Below, in pieces: positions 1-13,800 of a DNA stretch of 64,000 bases; the first letter of the stretch is position 1, and each line of letters opens with the position of its first letter. The position numbers were made by a program, and so were the translations under genes. The stretch comes from Selaginella moellendorffii (lineage: Eukaryota; Plantae; Lycopodiophyta), in the NCBI RefSeq assembly GCF_000143415.4, contig NW_003314352.1, positions 53,602-117,601 on the forward strand, in the 5' to 3' direction. The notes below the pieces were generated by a model. The model was given only the letters and a program-made list of their open reading frames with translations, ran no database searches and had not been told where the DNA came from.

Positions 1-2080
1 TGACTCCTTTATTGTTTTGGAGTCTCTATCTTTCCCGTGATCCCAACTTTAGTTGTTTACCACAACAACCTAAGCCAATTTGCTGAGACAAATGCTCATC
101 CGGATCACATCCTCAACTCAATGAGGAAAATCTTGCATTGTTCCCAAGATCCCAAAGTCGTTCCATTATTGGCCCTTTTCTATCCACCACCTCGTCTACA
201 AGTTCACACATGAACTGTAATGGAGAGCCATGTCTTCCAGACTTGCTACTCCTCAAGGATAGGCCCACTCCTCGGACCTTCTGATGCCAACACTAGTGGT
301 GATATACTTGAGCACCAATAAAAGTCGGACTAAGGAACAGCTCCGATACCAAATTGTAAGCGATTAATTTTTCCATTCTACTTTAGTCACTTAACCACAC
401 CTTCGACCACTTGGAGGAGTCTCACTCACAACCTCCTTAAGTCCAATTCAGGACTTGGACTTGCTAGCCCCAAGAATGGCATCCATGCCACTCAACACTT
501 GCACCTGGTCCAAGTGCTCCACGTGTCCGGTCCCAAGACCGACACCCAAAGGTACCACTGACATCTCGGCCCATTACGCTAAGGCCATGCCCATTCACCT
601 TTGCTGCACTAGTGGTCCAATACCACTTGCATCACCATCCCGTCTCTCCAAGACTGGGCCATCGGTCCACGAGTGGTCATCCTAGATCCACTCCTTAGCA
701 TCTTTAGGATGCCCACAGACCTGGGGAATCGCCTTCCCCAAAGTCCCTTTGTCAATTCCTACCAAGTCCCTTTTTGCCCCTGGCCGTGTTTGCCAACACT
801 GCCACTGGATCGAGGTCCACAGGCCCGACCACTAAGTCCCATGGTCCTCTGGGACTTCCTCACCACACGACTGTGTCCTTGGTCACTACCCCAGAGGACT
901 GCTCCTCTTCCTTTCCACAGTCTAGGCCTTTGGGACAACATTTCGGAACACCGTGGCCTTACGCGAGCCACTTGGGTACTCTCCCCGCCTTTCGCCTTTA
1001 GGTGCTCTAGCCATGGGCTTAGAGCGAGGTTCCATTGAGCCACACCTGGTATCCAAGTAGGTAGTGCCACCCACACTTGGACTGGGAGCATCGGCCAGTC
1101 GATCTCCCGGGGGAACTAGAGCCGGCTCTTGAACACTTCACCAAGCTACCCCGCTTGTCGGTCCGTGTTCACTCTAGTCTTGGACTTCCCAGTGGGCATC
1201 TCATCACCCAACACTGGGTCCGGCCTTCCTGGGCCAAACTAGCCTTTCCTGGCCAAACTGGCTCCACTGCAGTCCTCCCCCTAGTATACTTTTGGAGCTC
1301 ACCAAACCCCCCAGGGTCTGGGAGACGAACGCTTTGGGCTTTCACCCTCTCAGGCTCCGGACTCGGACTCGGACTCGGACTCGGACTCGGACTCGGACTC
1401 GGGCTCGGGCTCGGTCTCGGCCTCGGCCTCGGTCTCGGTCTCGGTCCCGATCTCGGTCTCGGTCTCAGTCTCGGTCCCGGTCTCGGTCTCGACTTCGGAC
1501 TCCATCTCGGACTCCATCTCGGACTCCATCTTGGGTCCATCTCGGACTCCATCTCGGGTCCATCTCGGACTCCATCTCGGACTCCATTTCGGGTCCATCT
1601 CGGGTCCACCTCGGACTCCATCTCGGACTCCATCTCGGACTCCATCTCGGGTCCATCTCAGACTCCACTTCGGACTCCAGCTCGGGTCCATCTCGGGTCC
1701 ACCTCGGACTCCATCTCGGACTCCACTTCGGACTCCAACTCGGGTCCATCTCGGGTCCACCTCGGACTCCATCTCGGACTCCACTTTGGACTCCAACTCG
1801 GGTCCATCTCGGGTCCACCTCGGACTCCACTTCGGACTCCATCTCGGACACTCCCACGTGTCATGTGTTGGTCCTTTTGGGTCCCTTTTTGGAGCCTTGC
1901 CTTTTGCTCGCTTCGTGCTCGTTCCTCGAGCACTTCGTTGGGAGTTCCACTCCCGCTCTTGACTTTTCAAGTTGGAGCTTTTGGTCCAAACGTGTTACGC
2001 TCGTTTGGCTCTCGCTTCGGCCACTACCATGTGGCTTCCTTCCGGCTCCACTTTGGGGCCTAGGGATTTTGTGTCTCACA
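1..2080 (-). mobile_element. LTR element family B: 5' LTR (355-2080), PBS (340-351) and start of the internal region running off the window
   Basis: On the minus strand the LTR reads TGTGAGACAC...CTTACA and is followed by TGGTATCGGAGC (tRNA-iMet-type PBS). It is colinear with the copy starting at 45497. Confidence 0.9.
1355..1850. repeat. CpG-rich 6/12-mer tandem array inside the family B LTR
   Basis: Runs of (CTCGGA)n, (CTCGGT)n and (CTCGGACTCCAT)n. These produce the low-complexity ORFs in the track. Confidence 0.95.
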
Positions 2081-3790
2081 GCAACTTACCTCTGTATGGC
2101 CATCTTCACGCCACCACATTCAAATCTTGTTTACTTTTGCCTTATGCTCTTCTTCAGAAGGTGCAATCTGCCATTGTTTGCACAACTCCTTAAATATTGA
2201 TTGAAACTTTAGCTTGATAAGGTGGTAGTGCTGGTTTAGGCTTTGAGCCCAATGGAACTCACAAGTCCTTTCACGACCTTCCAATGGCTAACCATTCCCA
2301 AAAAGTGCTTGGACACCATTCTAGTTTGCACCAGCCCCATCTGCCATGAAACCGCGAAAGTTTGCAGGCTTACCAGTCTGCTTTAGGACAAGATCCATTC
2401 GGGAGACAAGATCTACGCCAGAGGCAGGGCCCATGGTAGACATTTTGAAGACGAAGGAGTGCTCTTGCTCATTCACAACTTGGTCTGGAAACAAACTTCC
2501 GTGGATGAACTCGTATGGACCGATCCATTTCAATTCAAGGATAGAGTCAATTTTTGATTGCAACTTCCCCTTTCGAGATTCACACATCCAAAATTTTATC
2601 CTAAACAATATAATGTAAGAAAAAATTATTATTATAACGTATGAAATATAACGAATGTACCTCCTTAGAGTAGTAGTAGGTTGTACTCCTCTTAGTAAGT
2701 CCCGCAAGATAGCCTCGTTTAGTTGAGTCTTTTGGCAACCTGGATTGAGTAAGGTGCTTGCGATAAAATCCTTGAGGACGGTCTTTGAATATGCTTCGGA
2801 GTTGCAAATGAGTTTCTCATAGTCTCTTCCTGCACAGCATCTTTAAAACGGTTGAGAAAACTCCTTTGTATCCCTTCCTGCATTGGATGCATATGTGTGC
2901 CAACATGCACTGCAGCTCTTCCAGCCACTCCATCCCGTGGAAGAAAGTAGTACATCTTAGCCTCGCAGATAGCACGATATAGAGGAGCATTTTTGCAGAA
3001 TCGACACTTGAATCCAACAGCAATGGTGTCACAGGCTGGAAGATTGACTGTAGACCCTTCAAAAAATATAAAGTTTCTATAGCGGTCTCGATTGCATGCT
3101 TCATCCACACAATCTAAATGCCCACCACAATGAACTATAAACACTATGCCTTCAAAATGTTGAAAGTGTGTAGTCTTGATCTTGCACCAATTGTGGACAT
3201 CTTGTTTGGTTTCTATCCCCTTCTATTTAGAATTTGTGCTACTGACAAAAGGTGGTAGCTCGAAGAAAATGTTGCTGTTGTAGGAGGATGGAAGCTCACT
3301 AACAAGCTTATACAAAAACAAGTGCACGTCGATTGAGAAGCATGAAAACTAGAAAATATTGCTAACGGCTTTGAATATTGCTAAAGTTAGAGCTGAAGCT
3401 GGAGCTAGAGCTGGTGAATTCGGCACCAACACTAGCATGACTTCTTCACTTGAACTAGAAAAGGACGAGAGGATAATGATTGACTCTTGCTTCACATTCA
3501 CTTTGGCTAGAGTGCATTTTGGCATTTTAACTGGAGATCCAAACACTCGAATTTCCTTCGACTTGGAATTTTGTAAATCCCATTGTTGTCCACCCTCGCC
3601 CACACCAGAAAAAAGAAACTCCAAGTATGCAACTATACTAGTGTCGTTGCGAATCATAGCCTCTAAAGAAATAGAGCCAAGATGAAAATCAAAACGCCAA
3701 CATAAAAAACTTTTAGAAACAATACTTTGAGAGAATGAAAGAGGTGGGTGATCTCGAAAATGAAGAAGAAACCTCTCCATCCTTCTCAAT
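2081..3790 (-). pseudogene. Degenerate MULE-like transposase with a GCM-like zinc domain, cut by the family B LTR
   Basis: Fragments HCGGHLDCVDEAC...CRFC...CEAKMYY...HVGTHMHP (GCM/WRKY-fold-like Cys/His pattern) and FVFKMS...NFRGFMADGAGAN (MULE-like second catalytic Asp). Broken by stops and frameshifts. Confidence 0.6.
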
Positions 3791-4614
3791 AGGTTTTGGA
3801 GTTCTCTCTCTTTATGCTACTTGTGAAAATCCATAGTGAAACATAATTGAAATTTAAATAGAGTAATAAGAAGACAACGTACAAAATGAATTTAAATTCT
3901 ATAGCAAATTTAACATGTTCAAGTGTGATAGTATTAATATTACTGTCATCTATTATGATGTTTGATGCATGTATACACATAAATCCAAGGAAGGATTTTC
4001 AGCACGTGAAGTTTGATAGTTAATAATGATACTAGTAATGACATTTTGCTATAGCGTGTCAAAAAAAGGGATCCAATTTAACTGTCAGTATGTGTGATAT
4101 GTCAAGTTGTCAAATTTTAAATGGTAGATGAGAATAAATCTTGATAATAAATCTTGTCAAATCTTATTCTTCACTGACATATTTGATTCATAGTACAACT
4201 CAAGTTTTATCCATAATTGTGAACACTGCTCAGTGATATTTAAAGCACGTGCCTATTGTTTAGGATCTAATACAACACAAAATAAATTTCTGGATGAGGA
4301 TTCATCCATTCATAGATGGATATAGTACAACATATTTTAATGTGCCTTATTTATACTCTTTAAAGTTCTTATAATGATTCCAAAATATGTACAAAATATT
4401 GATGAGAATGCATCCTTTCTAGATAATTTGTAAAATATAATATCATATCTCTAATAACAGAAATGTTGATAGGTGCTAGTTATATCATCATTAAAATATA
4501 CAAAATAAAGAAGCATAATTTACATATAATAATAATGATAAGATAAAATAAGATCAAAGATATTGTGATGGTTGAGATTTAGGTTATTCGGAATGAATGG
4601 CCAGGATGAGAGAT

Positions 4615-4925
4615 TGGTTAGGGTTAGGGCAGCCGTCAGGATTAGGGTTAGGGTAGCTGCCAAGATTAGGTTACTGTTCGTGAGCATGCGAGAGATCGAG
4701 AGATTGAGCATGAAAGAGATCGAGGGATTGAGCACGAAGAAGATCGAGGGATTGAGTGCGAAGGAGATCGAGCGATTGAGCGTGCAAGAGATGGAGAGAT
4801 TGAGTGTGCGAGTTGGAGAGATTGAGCATGCGAGTGGGAGAGATTGAGCACGCGAGCAGGAGAGATTGAGCACGCAAGCGGGAGAGATTGAGCACGCAAG
4901 TGGGAGAGATTGAGCGCACAAGAAA
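4615..4925. repeat. Minisatellite (21-24 bp units, core GAGATTGAGCAYGC) preceded by degenerate TTAGGG motifs
   Basis: About 11 visible units, e.g. GGAGAGATTGAGCACGCAAGC. TTAGGGTTAGGG occurs at ~4618 and ~4642. Confidence 0.85.
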
Positions 4926-5021
4926 TCCAGCACGATCAAGAAATCCACCAAGGGTGAGTTTTGATTTGATTGCTTTCACTTCCATTTTTTTCTTCTTGCT
5001 TCTTTCTTGATTGCTTCTTTA

Positions 5022-5215
5022 GGGCTGGCCACCTTAGGCAGTTTTGCTAGCCAAGAGGCTGAGGTTATTTGAATAACATCAGCCCCTCGGGTGGCCAAAT
5101 TGCCCGAGGTCGAGCCCAAGCTAGCCACCTTGGGTAGTTTTGTTGGCTGAGGGGCGAAGGTTATTTGAATAACCTCAGCCCCTTGGGCAGGAAAACTGCC
5201 CGAGGTGGCCAGCCC
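5022..5215. repeat. Two tandem ~96-bp foldback units (MITE-like)
   Basis: Outer 13-bp inverted repeat GGGCTGGCCACCT/AGGTGGCCAGCCC. Each unit is centred on GGTTATTTGAATAAC. Confidence 0.7.
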
Positions 5216-6024
5216 GCGCTGTTGGTTGTTGGAGCCAAGAAGACACGAGAAGTTTAATTCGGCACTGACAACGACATCACAACATGTCCATTGGCATAAC
5301 AGAGACACATTTACTTAGAGATTCATTGCCTCCACCACCATCACCTCCACCATCACCACCTCCACCACCACTATCACCATCTCCACCACCTCCATCACCA
5401 CCTCCACGACCACCATCGCCACTGCCACCACCACCATTGCCACAATCTCGGATGTGATGCCGTTGTTCCTGGCATGCAAAAAGAGATTAGAAACATACCG
5501 ATATTTGTTGCAAGGCCATGCTGTTTAAACAAGTTGTATATATCCGGGTTGACATACTTGGATGCTATGCAGACAAGGTTCGTCTGCTGCAACGGCAAAG
5601 TGGGATTTCTTTGATCAAGTCACAAGGGCCGGGCCACTTGAGTGCCTCAAGTGTTTGGTGAATTATTTTTTCCCTTGTCTGCATAACAGTTTCTTGGAAG
5701 CACTTGTCCACCACATTGTCAAGAAGGTCTGCAACTCTTTCAGCTTCAGATTGTTCCTCAAGTTCCCTATCGTAAACACCACTAGATTGCCCAACTTCAG
5801 GGATTTGCACTGGTGGTGGGCCAGTGTGGAGTAAAGGTGGAGGTGGTAGTGGTGATGGTGGGGGCGGTGGTGGTGGCAGTGGCGGCGGGGGCAGAGGCAA
5901 TAGTGGCAGGCTGGGATCCTATTTAGAGGAGGAAGTCCTTAGAATTTGATAACATGCTTATCAAACATTCTGAGACTCAACAACTTGCTTTTATAGATCT
6001 ATTCTATGTCCCCAATAACACAAC

Positions 6025-6548
6025 TATAGCACATGTGATCATGGGATGAGATTTGGATATATTGTCACCGTGGATCCTTGGAACTTTGGGGGATAAATGG
6101 GGATAAAATAGCCACTAAGGGCTCTTTTATTAAACAATTGCCCCTTTTCCAGTTGGCTTAAGGGGAGAGAGATAAGGTGCGCTACAGTTGGTATCAGAGA
6201 AAATGGCATGGGTTTGATTCCCATTGATTAGTGGCTACTTAAAAATATAATATACCTTTGAGCAAGGTATATTCCTACCCCTAAATTTGAAATCGTACGT
6301 ATTAGGCATCCATGCATATGTCCTTCCTCTTGTGTGGAGTATCCACCGTGGGATTATAGTGCGGGTGGATGACTAGTTACCTCATATGGAGAATATTGAC
6401 ATCTTTAAAGGGGGGTTGGGGGGTGAGTGTAGCACATGTGATCATAGGATGAGATTTGGATATACTATCACCGTGGATCCTTGAAACCTTGGGGGATAAA
6501 TGTGGATAAAATAGCCACGAAGGGCTCTTTTATCAAGCAATTGCCCTT
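6025..6548 (+). mobile_element. TRIM (terminal-repeat retrotransposon in miniature), 3' LTR truncated
   Basis: 162-bp LTR 6025-6186 ending GCTACA, PBS TGGTATCAGAG 6189-6199, ~240-bp non-coding interior, G-rich PPT, and a second LTR starting TGTAGC at 6428. Confidence 0.85.
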
Positions 6549-9342
6549 GGGGGGGGGGGGTTCCATATACAAGAAGGGTTCTTATATCTAAACCACTATC
6601 TCTACTATCTCTATTATATATTTGGAACCCTCTATAGGAACCCCCTTATAGCTATAGGGGGTTCCAAATATATAGTAGAGATAGTGGGTAGGTTGGGCAT
6701 GGCTAACCAACCTAAGGCATAGTTTAGCTTTTACTTGCATGTCTATCCTTGTTTTGTATTTGGCTTAGGTCTAAGCCCAAGTTCCATTCCATAATAGTTG
6801 GTGGAGTACCCATGTCCTTGTGTTAGGCCATCGGTATGCCAAAATAGCACTAGACTTTGTTTGGCTCTATTTTACATGCTAGTTCTGGCAATGGGATGTT
6901 GGTTGCTTTAGGACTATTCCAAATTGCTCCAGGCTCCTTTCCCTTTGCTCCTTAGGCTGTATGTTTGGGAGTTGCTCCATGGTTTGGTTCTGTCACTTTT
7001 TGGCTCCATTCTTAGGAGTTTGACACCGTTCCTTCATTCAGTGGCCCAAAGCCCTGAACCTCGGGTTCCACACCATTGTCCTATGGACATGTGGCATATA
7101 ACACATGGCATATAAAGAGTTTAGGTTCCGCTTCATAGTTATTGTATGGTAAATCACTATAGAATAAAGGGTAAAAACCATGTGCACTACATTTGGTATT
7201 AGAGAATGAGTCTCAATGAGTACTATCCAATGCGGTTGGGCAACTAGTCTCGTTGCATACGCAGAGATGAAAACAATGATCCAAGTGGGTACACATTGGG
7301 TGCAAAGACTTCGCAATCATTCCTTGGGTATGGATTTGGTTACCTTTTTATACCGTAATAATGTGAGCTTGCTCTTGGGCTCATAAGAGGGATTGAGATT
7401 TTCCATTTACACGAATTTGTGATTGGGCTCGTGAGTGAGGCACATTAGCAACTCAAGGTTACACTTTGAGTTGGCAGAATTAATGCTAACCTATCGGTGG
7501 TTCCATGAGTTGTTCCAATGGTTCCATGAGTTGTTCTGTATATCGTGGGTTAAAAGTAAACCTTTCTCTAGGTTTGCTATGAATGGTAAATAGGCTAGTC
7601 CGTAGCTATTTAGCACGGCACTAGTGGATCCTTCCTAGCCATGATTACAAGTGGACTAACCAAGACTATAGAGATTAGTTTATTGGTTCAAGTAGTCATT
7701 ACCGTGCTTTTTCATAAACTTTTCTTAGATTGGATTGAAAGCAGTGCAAATGCAAGCTTGAGGCTTGGTCAAAGATGAAACCGAAAAGAGAGTCATCGGG
7801 GATGAAGGATTAAACATGTAAATCATTTCCTCTTCTTGGAGAGATAATTTGCAACGAGATGTTAACTCAATGCTTGTGTTCATATCATGCAATCAAGAGT
7901 CCTTACCTTGATGCATGTTGGTTATGTTAGTCTTACAAATGGCAAGTTGTGGGATAGATAGTGGTGAAGTGCTATACCATTTTGTCTAGGCTTGTTATTA
8001 AAGATTTGGGTTGCAATGCTCAATTCTTTTCTAGGGAAACTTGCTATTGCTCCTAGAGTACCTTGGTGATAGATTAATTTTGAGTTTGGTCTAAAAGAGA
8101 GTGGCATGAGCTTGTCTATGTTGTGAACAAAAGTTAGTGGTGTTCAATGTTATAAATCTCTATCAATGAAGTGTGGCATTTGTGTTGCATTTTGTTGATT
8201 TGAGTTGGCACTTGATATTCACATAAACTTTTGAAGTAATGACATTAGTATTGCTCGTGGTGTTGCTTGATTGATGATCAAGACATTGTGATTTTTATAT
8301 CATATCCATGTGATAGTGAGTAATGTGTTTACGAAGTTGCTTGGTTAAATAATGATCAACCCCAAAGTGGTTAATAGTGAGGCTAGTCTACTTGCACGAA
8401 GTAGCATTGTAGTAGCTTTGACTGGATTCTCGATAGTGGTCCATTATGCTAAGTTTAAGTTGGTACCTTGATCGTTGAGAGTTTGCCCATTGAGGTGTTA
8501 GAAAAGATTATAACATTCATTTGCTATGGCTTGTTAGTTGATCCGTTAGCATTTGGAGGAAATTGTTGGATGGAGAAAGTGTGTAGTTGAGGCATTGATA
8601 TTGCTAACACTTGTTAGTGGAAGTGGCATTGTTATTTCAAGTGATGAGGAATTTTTCCTTAAAGCTTGATTTTCCATATTATTTTTCTTGTTAGTGTTTT
8701 AACTTCACATTGGATCTTAAAGGTGGTTGAAGAAGAGTGTTAATGTAATGTGGATGTTTGAAGATATGATCTTTAAGATCAAGCCTTGGATGTTCATTTT
8801 GCATTTTTGCGGATATCGGTGTTGGATATAAAAAATGTGGGCAAGATGTTAGAGGCTTAGGCATACTATGAGTCATGAGAATTAATGTTGAGGTGAACCT
8901 ATGTGAAGTTATTAGTAGGAGGAAGTTGGTTGAATCTTGAAAGTTTGTATTCCTGGACTGAGAATCATTTTTTCTCTATGATGGAAAAATCTCCACAAAT
9001 TTTCTTAGACTTTACCAATAGCTAATTTGTTGATCACTTTGTCCAAAAACCATTCCGTTTTCGTAAGCCAGTACAAACTAGTGAAGGGGTTAGAGTTGAC
9101 TTTGGTTGGCTTATATCTTAGTAGATAGTTTGTATGATGCAACCTGAAAGAGATGCTAACTTTTGGGGTTAAGGCAATTGAGTTGGATAGAATCTGGAGT
9201 TCGTGTAGAAAAGTGGCTGTTGCGCTTTTCTAGAAAGGTGACATTTGTGCCTTTCTTTTATAGTATTATGCTTGGTGGTAAGTTGCACCTTGCATTTTGT
9301 TATACTTTATGAGAGTAGTGAACTCTCATTGATCTTGACTTG
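6549..9342 (+). mobile_element. Old LTR element family C: partial LTR (to 7191), PBS (7194-7204) and degenerate internal region that resumes at 37730
   Basis: LTR end GTGCACTACA followed by TT and TGGTATTAGAG. The LTR shares blocks with 58380-58480. An uninterrupted inverted copy of the internal region lies at 38640-41066. Confidence 0.7.
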
Positions 9343-10843
9343 TGTAATCCACAAATTTTTCCTTTTCACTTTGCCAGCTTACCTCGTTTATCCGTCCAAC
9401 ACTACCTTGGTTTTTGCTAAGTTCCTTTGCCAAAGTTCCCGCCTATGGTACCAGTTCCTACTTGGTCCTACTTGGTTTCAGCTATTCACTACACAAGCAA
9501 CGGAGCATTAGTCACCCATCCACGGATTCCCAAATCTCTCCCAATCTCCCTCGCCGGGTTACATTGGACTTAAGGTTTGGTTATACTCCCTGCAAGCACA
9601 AGTAGCTAAGCACACCAAGCCTCCAGGTTCCTAACATCCCTTGGTACCACAAGACTTGATCATGGGACCCTCTAAATCCCAAGTCTTAGGTGCAACCCTT
9701 GCTTGGGGATGCCGGGGCGAAACACCATGGCCTAATGGCCCGGTATGGGTACCTCTACCCCCCCACTTACATTCTGAAGGAAGGCCCAAGCCCCTAAGAA
9801 GGGTGAGGATCAATGAGCCACAATGTACTCAAGTGGGGCACCACTCCACATGAGCAGGGAGCACCGCAGTCGGTTTCCCTTTCGGGAGTGGGAGCTACTC
9901 TTGAGCACTTCCTTGGGTGGCCCTTCTAGCACCACCCGAGTCCATGCTCACTCCCACCCAAAGCCCCTCGGCCCCAGTCTCAACCTCAAGTTAGTTTGGA
10001 AGCCCCACTAAAGAGTTCCTTCAAGACTGGTTCTTGGACCTCACTATCCCTACTATACTTTTGGAACCCCCTACACCCCCCCCCCCCCCCCAGGATACGC
10101 ACGCTTTGGGCTTTCACCCCTTGACCTGTATTAGTACTCGGACTCGGTCTCGGACTCGACTTTGGATTTGGTCTCGGACTTGATCTTGGACCCGATCTCG
10201 GACTCGACTTCGAACTCGACCTCAGACTTGGTCTTGAACCCGATCTCAGATCTCAGACTCCATCTCGAACTCAGTCTCCGAGTTGGCCTCGGACTCGATT
10301 CCGAACTCCATCTCGAACTCGGTCTCAGAGTCAGTCTTGGACTTGATTTCAGACTCGATCCCATCCAATGAACTCTTTGTCATTTTGGTCATGCTTTCGG
10401 GGATCCTTTACCCTATGACACCTTGGGGAGTTAGTTCCTTACAGCTCCACCACCTATAAAAGAAGTTTGATGCCCACATCGACGTCTCTTTTTATCTTAC
10501 GACTTGTTGACCATGTCTCCGAGGGCATCCCCCCACTTCGTGGTGTGCCTAACTTAACCTCCTCGGCCAAGAGCCCATGACAATGGAATATAGGTATCCT
10601 TATACCCCTCACCTCACCACGCCCTAGTATGGGGTCAGGACTTGAACCTAGCCTTGCTTTACTAGGGGGTTGGGATTTGAACCCAACCTCCGTAGAATAC
10701 ATTTATGGATTTAACATCCCCGCGGGGAGTCAGGCGTAGTTCCCTATGCTTGGTCAACCTAGCTAACCCATGCTAATTAACTTATCTTCAGCGCGCTTTC
10801 GGGTCCCAACATATCCCATTTCTCAACTTCACAAATTGATACT

Positions 10844-13800
10844 TTAATTGAACTTTGCATAAGTACATAAAGTTCTGCCTTGCAGAAATTCCTCCACTAG
10901 ATCTCGCGCATTCACTAGGTTCTCCTCCGGGTCCCATATTGCTTTGTAGTGTGGAAATCCTTTTCAGTTCACATGGAACTCTCTTACCTCGTGTCCTTGT
11001 CGCTTGTTCTTGTGCGCATTGAGGATGGCCTTGACTTCGTATTCGTCGTCCCCTTGGATAACCTCAGGTAAAGGTCTTATTTGGTCCTTGCGAAGCAAAT
11101 CCTCAAAGTACGACTTGAGTAAGTTCACGTGAAACACTGGGTGCATCTTCGCCATCTCTCGAGGAAGTCAGAGATGGTAAGCCATTTTACCGATTCGTGC
11201 CTCAATCTCATAAGGCCCTGCAAACTTGCTTAAGGAACTCAAGATCACTTCATTTACAAGAATACATGCATTTTTACCTTTGGGTCAACTTCCGGCTGAT
11301 CCCACTTAGTAGCCTGAGGTTCTTGGTGTTTAGGTACACTTTCTCCCCAGCTTGGAACTCTACATCCCGGCACTTCTGGTTTGCATACTTGGTTTGCCTT
11401 TGTTGAGCCCATTCCAAGGAATCCCTCACTAGATTCCAAATGTTGAGTCTTTCTGCCGTGAATGCCTCCACTGCGGGTAACTCTCCATGATACTCGGCTA
11501 TGCTGAGTTCTATAGGACCTTTAATAGCTCGCCCATTGATGACTTCCTATGGACTCACCCTGATACTTGAATGTGGTTAGTTGTTATAACACATTTCCGC
11601 AAGTCCCAAATGACTTACCCAATCGATCTGGTCTTCCGAGACATAGCATCGTAAACAATCTTCCAGCTGCCTCCATTTGTCTGTCTGTCAAGAAGTGTTA
11701 GTGCCATCAAACTTGACTTAATACCCAATACCTGTCTGTGGGTGATAGGCTATGCTGAATTTCAACTTGGTGCGATACTGTTCCAGAAGAGTTTTCTAGA
11801 ACTTACTGATGAAGATCTTATCTCAAACTCAAATATTTTTTTCTAGCCTTCCCCGCACTCAAACCACTTGTTTGAAGAACAGTTTTGCACACCTTCCGCA
11901 TCCACTTCCGTTGTGGTGGGTATGAAATGTGCCATCTTAAAAAATCAGTCCACCCTCACAAATATCGTATTAAACCCCTCACTTGGGGGGAGTCCCGTGA
12001 TGAAGTCCATCGTAAGACATTTCCACGGACGATCTGGAATTGGGATGCTTTGTAACAAGCCCCCATTAGCCTTAGTCACGGCTTTGACCTGCTGACATGT
12101 TGGACATGTCTTTACATAGTCTTGAACGTCCTTAGCCATCCTTGGCTAGTGGTACTTCCTCTTGAGTAAGCCCATTGTCTTGGGCACTCTGCCGTGTCCC
12201 GCAAGAGGTTTGTTATGACACTCTTCCAAGACTACCTTTCTTAGTTCCCCTTCTGGAACATACACCCTTATTTGCTTGTAATAGATGAGTCCATTGCGTT
12301 CTGCATAGCCTGTTTTCTCTTCTGTTGGCAGCTCACCTCTTTGGTGAGCTTCCCGTGCCTCTAGATTCCTTAGCAACACTTCTTGTGCTAGACCATCAGT
12401 CTCATATGCTGTCCGCACATCATCCCAAAAGGTTGCTATTACACTGGATATCGCCAACTTCAAGCTTGCTTTTCGACTTAGCGCATCTGCAACAATGTTG
12501 CTCTTCCCAGGCTTGTACAAAATCTCGGAATCAAACTCAACCAAAGCATTGGCCCATTGACCTTGTTTCCCTCTCAGGTCGGGTTGTGACAAGAAGTGTT
12601 TCATTGCCACATTATCCATGTAAACCTTGAAGTGTCTCCCAAGGTAGTGTCGCCACTCCTTGAGCACCTTGACCACCACAAACAATTCCTTCTCGTGGGC
12701 AGGCCACTTCTGTTGAGATTTGTCGAACTTCTTCGAGAAGAACGCTACTGAATGGTTGTCTTGCTTCAAAACTATGCCCAATGCAAAGTCTGAAGCATCT
12801 GTTTCTACCTCAAAATCCTTACCAAAGTCTGGTAACGCCAACATGGGAGCCTTCCTCAACTTCCTTTTGTGGTGGACGAATGCCGCCTCGCATTCCGCTG
12901 TCCATACCATCTTCCCTTTTCCTATTTGGTCTGTTAAGGGCAAGGTTACTCTCGAATAGTGTTCGATAAACTTTCAGTAGTAGTTGCATAGCCCCAAGAA
13001 TGCCCTTAACTCGTGTACATTCAATGGTTGCTCCCAATCCTAGATCACTTGGACCTTCTCAAGGTCCACCTTGAGCCCGTCCTTGCCCACCACATGCCCG
13101 AGAAACTTTACCTCTTATTGAGCAAAGTCATATTTGCTCTCTTTAGCATACATCTGGTGTTCCCTTAGTTTCTCAAACACCTTCGTCAAGTGTTCAGCAT
13201 GCTCCTCTAGCGTTTTGTTATAGATTAGAATGTCATCAATATAAATGACCACAAAATGATCCAGATAGGGTATAAAGATGTCATTCATCAACGCCGAAAA
13301 TGTTGCCGGTGCATTGCATAGCCCGAAGGGCATCATTAGAAACTCAAAGCTCCCATACCTTGTTCGACATGTTGTCTTCTCAACATCTTCCTCTGCTACC
13401 CTGATTTAGTAGTATCCTGACCTTAGGTCAATCTTCGAGAAGTATTTTGCCTTTCCCAACCTATCGAATAGGCGCTCAATCCTTGGCAAAGGGTACTTGT
13501 TCTTCTTTGTATACTTGTTGAGCAACCGGTAGTTTATGCACATGCGCATAAATCCATCTTTCTTTTTCACAAATAACACCAGCACCCCATATAGCGACTT
13601 GCTCAACCTAAAATACCTTTTGTCCACCAACTCCTCTAGTTGGTGCTTGAGCTCCTCAAGTTCTTTTTTGTTCAAATGATAGGGGGGACGAACCACTACC
13701 TCAGCACCCTCGACTTGCTCAATCTTATGTTCTATCGTTCGTGCAGGGGGCAACCCCGCTGGTAGCTCCTCTGGCATGGTATCTTGGAATTGGTCCAACA

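Noticed and set aside
1077-2200. Long SR/GL/ES-rich ORFs (also 23510-24061, 29893-30444, 45650-46279)
   Set aside because: They are translations of stop-free hexamer arrays inside LTRs and are open in several frames on both strands.
5330-5900. Proline-rich ORF 5565-5900 and CCA/GGT tracts as a gene
   Set aside because: No identifiable domain, the frame is interrupted by stops, and much of the signal is trinucleotide repeat.
6025-6186. Cassandra TRIM
   Set aside because: No 5S rRNA-like segment is recognisable in the LTR.
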